A DNA stretch of 64,000 bases from Octopus sinensis. Taxonomy: Eukaryota. Positions 35,525 through 48,632 of this stretch are shown one piece after another. A program made the position numbers and the translations under genes. A model generated the notes under the pieces. The model made no database searches and was not told where the DNA came from. It saw only the letters and a list, made by a program, of their open reading frames with translations. Each line of letters opens with the position of its first letter. The first letter of the stretch is position 1. The stretch lies in the NCBI RefSeq assembly GCF_006345805.1, contig NC_042997.1:201190001-201254000 (forward strand), in the 5' to 3' direction.

Positions 35525-35947
35525 GTTGCTATTATGCAAAAGTGTCCTAAGTCCAAAAACTTGCCTTTTCAGAAGATAAGAAAATAGTTTCACCATTCCA
35601 TAGCAAAACTGTTGTATCACACTTTGACAGTTTTTGAGATCTTAGCATCTGAAGCAGCTGGAGATACGATAATTTGACCAAAAGAATCAGATGTTGCAAA
35701 CAAAAATAAATATGGAAAAAAAAAACGCATTTGGCCAAATTTGAACAAACGAAAGTTTAACATAGTATCAACGATATATAACTGCCCGAACCGGTAAGGA
35801 TATCTGGTATTTTGATTACAGATAGAAGGCCATGAATGACTCATCCATTTTTGCCCCTGTCCTTCTAATTGTTGTTTCTCCTGTCCGCCTTTATATCGTC
35901 TATCTGCTTCATTGTCCTCTATTGCGTTTTTATTCCATTATATATAT

Positions 35948-36007
<60 letters not shown>

Positions 36008-36240
36008 ACTAAAGTAAACAAGAGCACTAAAATTGCAAATTAGCCACCCATATTATTTATATATATCGTTGCTATTATACAAAAGTGTTGTAAGGCCAAA
36101 ACGTTGCTTTTTCAGAAAACGAAAGTATAACTTCTCCATTCTAGCAAAACCCTTGTACTAAACTTTGACAATTGTTGATACATACATACATACATACATA
36201 CATACATACATACGTACATACATATAATATATATATATAG

Positions 36241-36279
<39 letters not shown>

Positions 36280-36316
36280 TATATATATAATATATATATA
36301 ATATATATATATATAT

Positions 36317-36356
<40 letters not shown>

Positions 36357-36590
36357 ACAGGGCACTTAAATTGCAAATTAGCCACCCATATTATTTATAT
36401 ATATCGCTGCTATTATGCAAAAGTATCGTAAGTCCCAAACTATTCCATAGCAAAACTATTGACAATTTTTCATATCTTGGCAGCTGGAGATACGATAGTT
36501 TGACAAAAAGAATCGGCTATTATAATCAAAATAAATATTGAAAAAAAAAAAACGCATTTGGGCAAATTTGGACATACGATATTATATACA
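35525..36590 (+). repeat. Three diverged copies of an unclassified repeat separated by (TA)n
   Basis: gctattat(g/a)caaaagt...tagcaaaac at ~35530, ~36068 and ~36408. Confidence 0.7.
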
Positions 36591-37267
36591 TACAGCAATG
36601 AAATGAAAGATAAAACGATAAAAAATATCAAACATGTTTAACCCTTGGGATTTGGAACCAATTCCTTCTACAGTATCATCTTCGCCAAATAATTGAAAGA
36701 ACCAATTTGCAATTGTATTATATTCAGTTGTTTGGTTATGAGTAAATGACTGCGGAGGTCGTTAAGTAATCTGCATTATACAATGGACAATACAATATCA
36801 CTGTCCTTATTTATATCTATTACATGCATAACATTTGATTTGTCATCCACTTGTTGCTGAGATCATTGTAAACCACCGAAGAAATATAACACCAGCAAAT
36901 CTATTCTTTACTTAATGCATGCACACGCACATACACACATGCACGCACACACACACAGATACACACACACACATGCATGCACGCACACATACACAGGCAC
37001 AGGTATTACGTTAATGTTAGTTTTTATGTTCGTTTATAATAAATACAGTTTTATATCAATCTGATCGGTTACTCTATATGCTTGTAGAGTACAAATTTAT
37101 TATTCTTAAACAAGAATATTACTGACAGTGACTTCGAAGTTTCAGCCAATTAAGCTATCATTCGACCGAAATTTCAAGGTCACTGTCAGTAATATACTTA
37201 CCTAAGTATGATATATGTATATATATATGTATGTATGTATGTATGTATATATATGTATGTATGTATT

Positions 37268-37312
<45 letters not shown>

Positions 37313-37320
37313 ATATATGC

Positions 37321-37357
<37 letters not shown>

Positions 37358-37361
<4 letters not shown>

Positions 37362-37594
37362 CTACTTTCCCTCTCGTGTGTGACCCTACTGTCCGAGTCA
37401 GACGCCATGATGGATCATTAGCCACTACACATATTTTTTCTCCTTGTTTCTCTCCCTGCTTTTTCTGTCCCTTTCTGTAGAAGAGCGTAGGTTCGAAACG
37501 TAAAAGACTTTTTCTATTCCTGAGCGTTATACTAATACATCTGTTTGTTTTGTACACCACCTGTCTTCGTCTTTTTTTTTCGTAAACTCTCCCT

Positions 37595-37600
<6 letters not shown>
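37358..37600 (+). mobile_element. Penelope-type repeat P1 with the best-preserved minimal hammerhead-like motif (37471-37506)
   Basis: CTTT-CTGTAGA-A-GAGC-gtag-GTTC-GAAAC-GTA-AAAG. Confidence 0.7.
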
Positions 37601-37634
<34 letters not shown>

Positions 37635-37739
37635 TTAATCTATCGGTCTCTTTTGCCAAATTGCTAAGTTACAGGAATGGAAACGCACCAACATCGGTTG
37701 CCAAGATGGAGAGACAAACAGACACACAAACAGCTTCCA

Positions 37740-39090
37740 TTACCTAGGTGACCAAATCTGTAGTGGGGTGGATGCTCTGAGAGCGTGGCTGCTAGAATAA
37801 GAATAGCCTGGGAAAAGTTCAGAGAGCTCCTACCTCTACTGGTAACAAAGGGCCTCTCACACAGAGTGAAAGGTAGACGGGATTATGCATGTGTGCGAAC
37901 AGTCATGTTACACGGCAGTAAAACATGGGCTGTGACTGCTGAGGACATGCATAGGCTTGAAAGATAGGAAGCTAGTATGCTCCGCTGGATGTGTAATGTC
38001 AGTGTACATACAACGGCAGAGTGTAAGCACCCTGAGAGAAAAGTAGGGCATAAGAAGCATCAAATGTGGTGTGCAAGAGAGACGACTGTGCTGGTATGGT
38101 TATGTGTTACGTATGGATGAGGACAACTGTGTGAAGAAGTGTCACACCCTACCAGTTGAAGGAACCTGTGAAAGAGGCAGACCCAGGAAGACATGGGATG
38201 AGGTGGTGAAGCATGGACTTTGAACGTTGAGCCTCACAGAGGCAATGACAAGAGACCGAGACCTTTGGAGATATGTTGTGACTGATAAGACCTGGCAAAT
38301 AAAGTGAGATCACATCCATGGCTGATGACCGATACCAGTGTAGTATGACCACCCATTTAAAGGTACCTATTTCTTTACTAACCACAAGGGGCTAAACACA
38401 GAGAGGACAAACAAGGACAGACAAACGGATTAAGTCGATTATATCGACCCCAGTGCACAACTGGTACTTAATTTATCGACCCCGAAAGGATGAAAGGCAG
38501 CAATATCAGGTACCCTTGAATTGTGAAGCGATATGATGTGCTTGAAAAGATTAGCTGAGTCAAGTGACTGAGACCTTTGGAGATATGCTGTGCTTGAGAA
38601 GACCCAGAAAACCAAGTTAGACCGTAACTATGACCTATGATAGTGTCACGTAATTGGCCATTTAAGAGGACCCTTCAATCATTGGGCAATAAATTGCACT
38701 TGCAAAGACCTGTTGAGGCAAGTGAAGTTGTTATTGTGGCCAATGACAATACTACCTGATTGGCATTCATGTCAGTGTTACGTAATAAGCACCATTTGAG
38801 TGTGGTCGTTGCCAGTACCATCTGACTGGCAGCCATGCTGGTGGCATGTAAAAAGCACCATTTACGTGTGGCCGATGCCAAAACCACCTGACTGGCCCTC
38901 GTGTCAATGGCATGTAAAAAGCATCCACTATGCTCTCGGAGTGGTTGGCATTAGGAAGGGTATGCAGCTGTTGAAATATTGCCAGATTGGATTGGAGCTT
39001 GGTGCAGCCTTCTGGCTCCCCAGCCCCCAGTCAAACCATCCAACCCATGCCAGGATGGAAAGTGGATGTTAAACGACGACGATGATGATG
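37740..39090 (+). mobile_element. 5'-truncated RTE-clade LINE (ORF C-terminus, 3'UTR, (GAT)n), with a family-1 SINE fragment at 38380-38500
   Basis: RIAWEKFRELLPLL...ACVRTVMLHGSKTWAV...RRLCWYGYVLRM...RGRPRKTWDEVV. Frameshifts and stops are present. Confidence 0.9.
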
Positions 39091-39589
39091 ATATACATAT
39101 ATACATTACATACATGTATATTGTCATCAAGTTCAACTGTCCCAGAAAAGCCCCCTTTAACAGCTGCTTATCATGACAACTGACCATGAAAATACAATAC
39201 AATTTCAACTGTCCAAGAAAAGATCCCTTTCTCTCTTTCTTTCTTTTTCTTTCTGTTCCCTTTCTTTCTTTCTTCTGTTCTTTTTTCTGTCTTCCTATCT
39301 TTCTTTCCTTTTTCCTTTCTCTAACCAAGCCTCAAAAAATTCACCACATGCATATTTACACACATACATATACAGATATATACACACATGTTTAGATTCA
39401 ATATAGCAAAAGAACATTCTCTTCCCCATTCAACTCCAGATTTTTTTTAACTCACCCATATATATATATAAAAGGTATGAATTTTCTGCAAAGGTATCAT
39501 TTCTCATGAATTTCTGAAATGAGATGAAAGCACCGAATAAATAATTATTCAAAATTCTGATGACCTCTTTTTAATACCTATCTATTTAT

Positions 39590-39634
39590 CTTGTCTGTCT
39601 GTCTGTCTATCTATCTCTATCTATCTATCTATTA

Positions 39635-39687
<53 letters not shown>

Positions 39688-39848
39688 GTCTATCTGTCTG
39701 TCTGTCTGCCTACCTGTCTATATGTGTGTGTGAGCATATATATGCATATATATATGCATATATATACACATATATACATATATATTTATACAGATATTCA
39801 TATATATATATATATACATATATAATATATATATATATAATATATATA

Positions 39849-39893
<45 letters not shown>

Positions 39894-39920
39894 CATCATC
39901 ATGATCATCATCATCATCAT
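39590..39920. repeat. (ATCT)n/(TA)n/(CAT)n microsatellites
   Basis: Directly visible. Confidence 0.95.
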
Positions 39921-40078
39921 TTAACGTCCGTTTCCATGCTAGCATGGGTTGGACGGTTCAAACCATAAATACATAATAACATGCATAATATAAATATGTA
40001 TGTATGTGAGTGTGTGTGTGTGTGTTTGCGTAAACATATATATATATCCTTTGTGTTCTGTTTTTGATTTCATTTGAA

Positions 40079-40148
<70 letters not shown>

Positions 40149-40239
40149 CACTTAACAGTATATCTTGAAACTATAAATAATATCTTGTAATACATTAGAT
40201 TAAAAGCATACATGTGCATTTGCATGTATGACTAAATAC

Positions 40240-40270
<31 letters not shown>

Positions 40271-41074
40271 TGACATGTGTGTATATACATTAGTATATTG
40301 CTCTCTTTCTCTTCTCTCAATATATGTATGTGCATATATATATATATTATATATGCATACATACACACATACACACTCGTGCGCACATACATACACCCAC
40401 ATACACATGCACATGTGCATTTTTAAGCTGTAATATGAGTAATGGACCATGCTTTGAAAATAAGTGGGGGACTGATACAATAAAACACTGAAATTACAGA
40501 GTGAATTGGTAAATTATAAGAACTTATAAGACAGATCATGGAAATAAAAATGATTTAAAAGAAACAAAAGGAAAAGCAGAGAGAAAGAGAGATAAAGAGA
40601 GAGAGAGCAAGGGAGAAGGAGAGGGAGCGAAAGAGAAAGTGAAAGTAGGAGCAAGGGGGAGAGATAGGTAAAGGGAGGGTAAAAGAAAAAGTGGTTAGTC
40701 TTTTAAATGATTAGACATACAAGCAGACGATTACCTCTTCGTGAAAATATCCACTTGACATTTCAGACAAGCGAAAACATTAAGAATTTATCTGATGTTT
40801 AAATACAGATATATGGAAAGAGAGAGAGAGAGAGAGGATAGAGAGGAGAGGGAGGAGAGGGAGGAGAGAGAGAATGAATGTTGGCATTATTGAGAAAAAT
40901 GTTTTATGTATGTTTAAGTGAGAGCTCTTCTTCCTTGTGTTCACATTGTTACTGCTTTTATATGGGTTTTGTATTCATAAAGATAATAACAGTTGTTGTT
41001 GATGCGGTTGTTGCTGTTGTTGTTGTTTTTATTGTTGTTGTTAATAATAAGAAGCAAAGAAGGAGGAGCAGGTG

Positions 41075-41289
41075 GAGAATGAGGAGAAGGAGAAGAGGAG
41101 GGGACAAAGGAGGACGAGGAGGAAAAAGGAAGAGATGAAGAAGAGGAAGGAGAAGAAGAAGAAGAAGAAGGAAGAAGGGGAGAACAAGGAGGAGGAGTAT
41201 ATTATTGTTACACTAATCGTTTTGGCTGTTATTATTGTTATTATTATTGATATTATCATTATCATCAATTTCTACTCTTGCTATCATTG

Positions 41290-41329
<40 letters not shown>

Positions 41330-41584
41330 CATTATTATTATTATCATCATCATCATCATCATCATTGTTTTTATTATTATTATTAATTATTATTATTATT
41401 ATTATTATTATTAGTAGTAGTAGTAGTAGTAGTTGTAGTAGTAGTAGTAGTAGTAGTTGTAGTAGTAGTAGTAGTAGTAGTGGCACCATCACCACCACTA
41501 CCATCATCACCATAGTCATCATTATCGTCATCATCATCACCATCAACATCATCATTATCTCTCATCATTATTATCTTTATTATT

Positions 41585-41650
<66 letters not shown>

Positions 41651-41659
41651 TATATTTTA

Positions 41660-41711
<52 letters not shown>

Positions 41712-41768
41712 TTATTATTATTATTATTATATTATTATTATTATTATTATTATCATTATTATTATTAT

Positions 41769-41806
<38 letters not shown>

Positions 41807-41893
41807 ATATTATATTATTATTATTAATATATTATTTATTATTATTATTATTAATAATATTATTATTACTATTATTATTATTAATATTATTAA

Positions 41894-41935
<42 letters not shown>
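41075..41935. repeat. GAA/GGA purine tract followed by long (ATT)/(AGT)/(CAT) microsatellite
   Basis: Directly visible. Confidence 0.95.
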
Positions 41936-41937
<2 letters not shown>

Positions 41938-42407
41938 CACCATTTCCCAGACAATTTGTTTTTGGTTCTATTGTTTTCTTTGTGTGTTTGTGTGTGTTGT
42001 TTTTGCATTCCATTTAACGTCCTCCAACTTTACAACTCAAGTTTTTATAATTCTGAAATAAAGCGTCTTCACAGAGTTTTTAAACTGTTTTTCATAAATT
42101 CTTCCTCTCAAGAAGTAATTTGGTTGTTTTTTTTCTTGTTTCATTGCTTTTGTTTCTCTTTTAAACAATGTCATCCCCCATGTGATAATACATAAATACC
42201 CGCCACACACACACATGCACACACATGCATACACACACACATATTTATGCATATATATATATGTGTGTGTGTGTGTGTGTATGTATTTATGCATATATAC
42301 ATATATATGTGTGTGTATATTAATATATATATATATACATTTATATATATACACATTTATATATCTATACATTTACATATATATATGTATGTGTGTGTAT
42401 ATATATA

Positions 42408-42448
<41 letters not shown>

Positions 42449-42704
42449 TGTACATGTATAATGAGAGATGAAGAAGAAGAAGAAAGTAGAAGAGAAAGAA
42501 AGAGAAGAAGAGAAACGAGAAGAAGAATATTTGAATATATACATATGTATGTATCAAATACCATATAATATATATGCATACATACATACATACATACATA
42601 TAAAGATATATATATATATATATAACGTTTATTGTGTTTGGTCTCCAAGACTCTTGATGTGATCCCATGTGTTGAAACTTATTTCGCTGTATGTTGGAAA
42701 AGTC

Positions 42705-42729
42705 AATATGGTGGTGGTGGTGGTGATGG

Positions 42730-42795
<66 letters not shown>

Positions 42796-42885
42796 CAGCG
42801 ATGTGATAATGATGATGATGATTGACAATGATGATGATGACGACCTAGACAACGACGATGACGACAACAATGATGATGATGAGAT
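42705..42885. repeat. (GGT)n(GAT)n microsatellite
   Basis: Directly visible. Confidence 0.95.
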
Positions 42886-43096
42886 TCCAGTGGCCAAAAC
42901 ACAAAAACAGCAGCTTGCAATGATTTAGTTCCACATGGAATATTTTCCAAATTTGTTCCTAAAATTGGCTGTAATTAAAATTCTATTGATATCTAAAAAC
43001 TATATGAAGAGAATTTAACTGATACTTTTAATTGATCAACCTTCAAAAAACAGAAGATAAATTTTATCTTCATCTTCTATATCTTAAATCATCTTA

Positions 43097-43305
43097 AGAT
43101 GGCAAACTGGCAGAATCATTAGCGTGCTGAGCAAAATGCTTAGTGGCATTTAATGTATTTTTGTTCTGAGTTCAAATTCCACCCAGGTTGACTTTGCCTT
43201 TCATCCTTTCCAGGTCAATAAAATAAGTACCAGCTGTACACTTGGGTCGGTGTAATTGACTTACCCCCACCACTGATATTGCTGGCCTTGTACCAGAATT
43301 TGGTT
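43097..43305 (+). mobile_element. Family-1 SINE (tail B)
   Basis: Consensus core present. Confidence 0.85.
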
Positions 43306-43399
43306 TACCAGAAGGTGGTTTACTGCCTTCACTATTATTTGACTGGTTTGATATTTTATGGAGGGAAAATAAATGTGACTTAAGTGAGATTTGAACTCA

Positions 43400-44098
43400 G
43401 CACCTAAAGCTCCCTATGTCTTTTATTTTGATGATGGCTGAGTGTTGGGGACCTCAGAAATAACCACCACACCTTGCCATGTATGCTGCAATCTCTTGCA
43501 GCAGTCATTCTAGTACAATTTTTATATTCTACGTGGCATGTTACGGAGTAAATAAAGGACCCCAAAAGACTGACATAACCCACCATGTTCTGATGCTGTT
43601 GTTGTTGTTGGCATCCTTTTGTCACAGGAGACAATGGAGTTGTGCATAAACTAATCCAGTCTGGCTTTTACATTTCATGTCCTCTCCAGTTTTGCGCAGG
43701 ATGTAAGAAAATCCTGAGTAGCCCAATTGTCAGAATTCCTCTCTCAACCTTGCTGACGTAGTCCAAAGGAGTGCAGAGCATTACGTTTGGCACCAGCTTG
43801 GTTGCAGGAGCTGCTGGAAGAGTGTCGAGTCAAACACTAAACCACCTATGGGGCTCCACTCCTGATTTCTTTGAAGGTTGTCTCCTTTCCGTAACCCTGG
43901 ATAGGGGCCCATACTGGGTACTGTCAGCCAGAACCAACTGAGCTCGGGACTCATGTCAGGCAGGGTCGTCACTCCCTGAAGTAGTGAAGTAGTAAGGTAG
44001 TGAAAAAAATCTCTACCCACTACCCATGTCAGGCAGGGTCGTCACTCCCTGAAGTAGTGAAGTAGTAAAGGTAGTGAAGAAAATCGCTACCCACTACC
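43400..44098 (-). mobile_element. Probable 5' end/UTR of an RTE-type LINE with a terminal 73-bp tandem duplication
   Basis: Minus strand cagctcctgcaaccaagctggtgccaaacgtaa resembles RTE 5' regions as I recall them. Duplicated unit at 43952-44024 and 44025-44098. Confidence 0.45.
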
Positions 44099-44679
44099 TA
44101 ATGTTCTGATGTAGTGTTTATATATTAGAGTTGCTGTTTCTATGTGTTTGCCAAATGAGATTCTAATGAAATCTCTTTGGCTATTTATGATTTGTTCGAC
44201 TAAACGCAGTGCCCCTGCATGGCCGCAATCGAATGACTGAAACAAGTAAAAGAATTAAAAGAATATGTTGACAAAAGGCTTGCAATTCCCATATATGGAG
44301 ATAAAAATGTGGTTTTTACTTTTGTCGTTATACGCGACCTCTTCAATGACATGCACTCTCTCTTCAAGGTCTGCCCTGAGTCGTATGTCTGTGTATTTGC
44401 ATGCATTTATGTGCGTATGCAGATGTTTGTTTGCTTAAAGAGAGAAGCTGCAACAATTAGCCGAGAAATAATTAACTCAGTTTTTTTTTAAGTACGCTCT
44501 CAATTACAAGGGTGTTTAATTGTACATAATTATGTACGTTATTGTCTGTATATGTTTAGTATCCATTTATTATTTTTAAAAAGTTTCATTGTAATTAGAA
44601 CTACTTCATTTTCAGACGACAAACTGACACAGTTTCGCACCAGCCAACAACATTGGATTGTGTACACATCTGTAATCTG

Positions 44680-45180
44680 TACGCACTGGGGTCGATATAA
44701 CCAACTTAATCCATTTGTCTGCCGCTATGTTCTGAGTTCAAATTCTGTCTGTCATTTGTCTGTCCTTGTTTGTCCTCTCTGTGTTTGGCCTCTTGTGTGT
44801 AGCAAAGAAATAGGTATTTCGTCTGCCACTACGTTCTGAGTTCAAATTCTGCTGAGGTCGACTTTGCCTTTCATCCTTTTGGGGTCGATTAAATAAGTAC
44901 CAGTTACGCACTGGGGTCGATATAATTGACTTAATCCATTTGTCTGTCCATGTTTGTCCTCTCTGTGTTTTACCCCTTGTGGGTAGTAAAGAAATATTTT
45001 TGTAGTAAAGAAATATTTTGACTGCCACAATGTTCTGAGTTCAAATTCCACTGTGGTTGACTCTGCCTTTCATCCTTTCGGGGTCAATTAAATATGTACC
45101 AGTTACACACTGGGGTCAGTGTAATCGACTTAATCCATTTTTCTTGTCTGTGTTTAGCCCCTTGTGGGCAGTAAAGAAAT
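44680..45180 (+). mobile_element. Tandem/nested family-1 SINE cluster
   Basis: Three partial to complete copies. Confidence 0.85.
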
Positions 45181-45764
45181 ATGTAATCTGTATGTGTTTA
45201 TGTCTTCTGATTTTTTACTGTTTTCTACTGCTTTCAATGAGTTAAATGATTGTTAAAGAGATTGTAGCAGATTGTCTCTTTTACAACAGAAGCTCAAACA
45301 TTTCTATCTAGATTATGACATTATTTTTAGCCAACAATATCATATTTAGTAATATAATAACTGCAAGTGTTAAACTGCCCAAGGCGATGGGTGCATAATT
45401 TTTTATAGCATTTATTACAGCCATATCTCATATCTCATGGTGGCAGCAATTAATTATCGATTAGCTTCAAAGATCTACTTTTGTTTTATATTTTTCTGCC
45501 AAAATGCAGATAGAACATTCTGGGACATTTCGTAATTTTTCTTATGAGTAATTTTCAATTCAAATCTCCACCAGATTTCATCCTAGTGTAGTTGGATGTT
45601 TTATCCTCTCTGCCAAGCAGTTAACAGATGATTCTTTCATCTCGCTCTTACAGAGGCATTTTCGGTCATTTTATTTAGCTTCCTCCCATACACATTATGG
45701 AAGAGAACAAATACATAATTACTCAACAGCAATAACACATGAACGTGTGTGTGTATGATCCTCA

Positions 45765-46360
45765 TCATCATCATCGTTTAATGTCTGCTTTCCATGCTGG
45801 CATGGGTTGGACGGTTTGACTGGGGTCTGGGAAGCCAGGAGGCTGCACCAGGCTCCAGTCCAATTTGGCAATGTTTCTACAGCTGGACGCCTTTCCTCAT
45901 GCCAACCACTCCAAGTGTGTAATGGGTGCTTTTTACATGCCACCGGCACAGGGGCCAGAGGGGGCTGGTAACGACCACGATTAGTTGGTGTTTTTTACAT
46001 ACCACTGGCACGGAAGCCAGTCAATGTGGCGCTGGCATCAGCCACGTTTGGATGGTGCTTTTTATGTACCACTGGCACGGGGATAACAGCTACAATTTCC
46101 ATTTGATTTTCATTTTGATGTACTTGACTCAATAGGTCGCCTCAAGCACAGCATGTCGCCCTATTATCCAAGGTACTTTTGATCGGGCCAGGGCTGGTTA
46201 TGCGACACTGGTGTAGGTTTCAGCTATGAACTCACTTTATTTGCCAAGTCTTTGCAGTCACAGCATATCTCCAGATGTCTCGGTCATTCGTCCTTGCCTC
46301 TGTGAGGCCCAACGTTCGAAGGTCAAGCTTCACCACCTCATCCCATGTCTTCTTGTGTGT
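45765..46360 (-). mobile_element. RTE LINE 3' end
   Basis: Reverse complement of 17250-17840. Confidence 0.8.
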
Positions 46361-46394
46361 GCAGTACAGCAAATATATAATTACTCAACAGAGT

Positions 46395-46720
46395 GGTTCG
46401 GACACCTGACTAAGTGGTTAGGACATCTAGCTCAAGATTGAAAGGTCATGAGTTCAATACCTAATGGCACACTGTATCCTCGAGCAAGGCACTTTATTTC
46501 ACATTGCTCCAGTCCACTCCACTGGCAAAAACGAGCTGTGCTTGTATCCCAAAGGGCCATATTTGTCATGTACTGTATCATGCTGAATCTCCCTGAGAAC
46601 TACATTAAGGGTACACATGTCTGTGGAGTGCTCAACCACCTGCATGTTAACATCATGAGCAAGCCCTTCTGTTGATTGGATCAGCTGGAACCCTTACTGT
46701 CGTAACCGACGGTGTGCCAG
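46395..46720 (+). mobile_element. tRNA-derived SINE (head H5, tail T1)
   Basis: gagcaaggcactttatttcac body and tail ctccctgagaactacattaagggtac. Confidence 0.75.
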
Positions 46721-47729
46721 TGAGTGTGTGCATGTGTGTATAAATAACAGGTCCTTCTTAAAGTCATTCACATTATACTTTTCTCTAGCTCATTTGTTTG
46801 AACAGCTTTCTGAAAATGAAAGTAACTAGAATGAATATGTTGAAAGTACCATTGTGTCATCACATTCACACTTCAACGACTTCTCAATACTTCATCACCA
46901 CTTCTGGTGACAACCAGACATTCTTATCTCTCCAAGATTTCATATCATCGTTTAACGTCCGTTGTCTATGCTGGCATGGGTTGGAAGGTTTGACTGGGGC
47001 TGGTACAAAGGGGATACACAAAGTAGGACTGAGGGAAGGGGGATACTTAGGGCAAGAAGAAGGTGGCACACATTATAGTACAGAGTGAAGGAGATACTTA
47101 TTGTAGGGCTGAGAGAAAGGCGATGTATACAGTAGCACTGAGAAAAGGAGATGCATATTATAGGGCTGGCAGAAGTGGGGTACTCGTTGTAAGACTGGCC
47201 ATGCATGATCAATATATTGGCACTGGCTGTGTATATAATATTACATTGAAATAAATAAGGAGTAGATATAATGACTATCAAAACCCATCTACGACTTAAT
47301 TGTTTCGATTTCAACTCAAGACCTCAGATCACTTACAAAGAATATAGCAACACCAACATTTATAAGACTTGTTATTTATGTCAGTTTTAGTCTTCATCGG
47401 AATAAACCAAAGGTGATACTGGAATTGTCTATCGTATTTTGAGATATATCCACTATTGTCTAAACTTTACTATAAGACATACATAGATTGCTTGATATAA
47501 TAACGTTTCTTAATTCACAATATTAATTAGATTTTCATTTATATTAATCGTTATTAGAGACAGCTATGTCTCTAGTAGTTTGAGATAACAATGTCGCTAC
47601 GATGCTGCTTTATCAATATTGTCCACTTCGATATTAATGTCGATTTAATTTGAACAATATCTTGAAAGAGATAACAGCTTTTTTTATCGAATGCATTTTT
47701 CAAGTTCTGAAATATTCATGGTGTTTACA

Positions 47730-47955
<226 letters not shown>

Positions 47956-48081
47956 CATGTGTGTATGTGTTTTCTATGTACAAGGTAATATATCTGCATT
48001 AATAAGAAATATATTATCAAAAGCTGAGAAAGAAATATTAATTGTAATATAGTTGTGTAGAGTCTATGTAAAGTGGTGTGT

Positions 48082-48118
<37 letters not shown>

Positions 48119-48632
48119 CGCGTGCGTGTGTGTGTATGTGTGTGTGTATGTGTTCGCGTGTATCCAAGTTGATGTGACAGATTAATGCTGAGAGTTCACA
48201 AACTGATAGGAATCTCATTTCCACACTGTTACAGTGTCAAAAAGTCTTTGGAGCATTGGAGATATATTAGGTCAAACTTATCCTTAATTGAAAAATAAAT
48301 ATCGCGCGCGCGCCTGTGTGTGTGTGTGTATGTGTGTGTGTGTGTAAAAAGTTTTGAATGTTTAATTAAGATTTATTTTAAAGCAAATTTAAAAATAACG
48401 AAGTCGAATGATCTAATGGACAAAACTTCAAATTCTAGTTAATTTCAGCTTTACAGAAACGTCAGCTTACGACATTATTTTTCTAAAGATTTCCTGAAGT
48501 AGGGCTCCTAACTTTAAAATAGATATTGAAATACAAAGTAAAAATACAAACCATTGACTTGTATTATTTTGTATAAGTTGCATGGTTTTGACTTTGTAGA
48601 AAAGCATTAAACACACACATACACATATTAAG

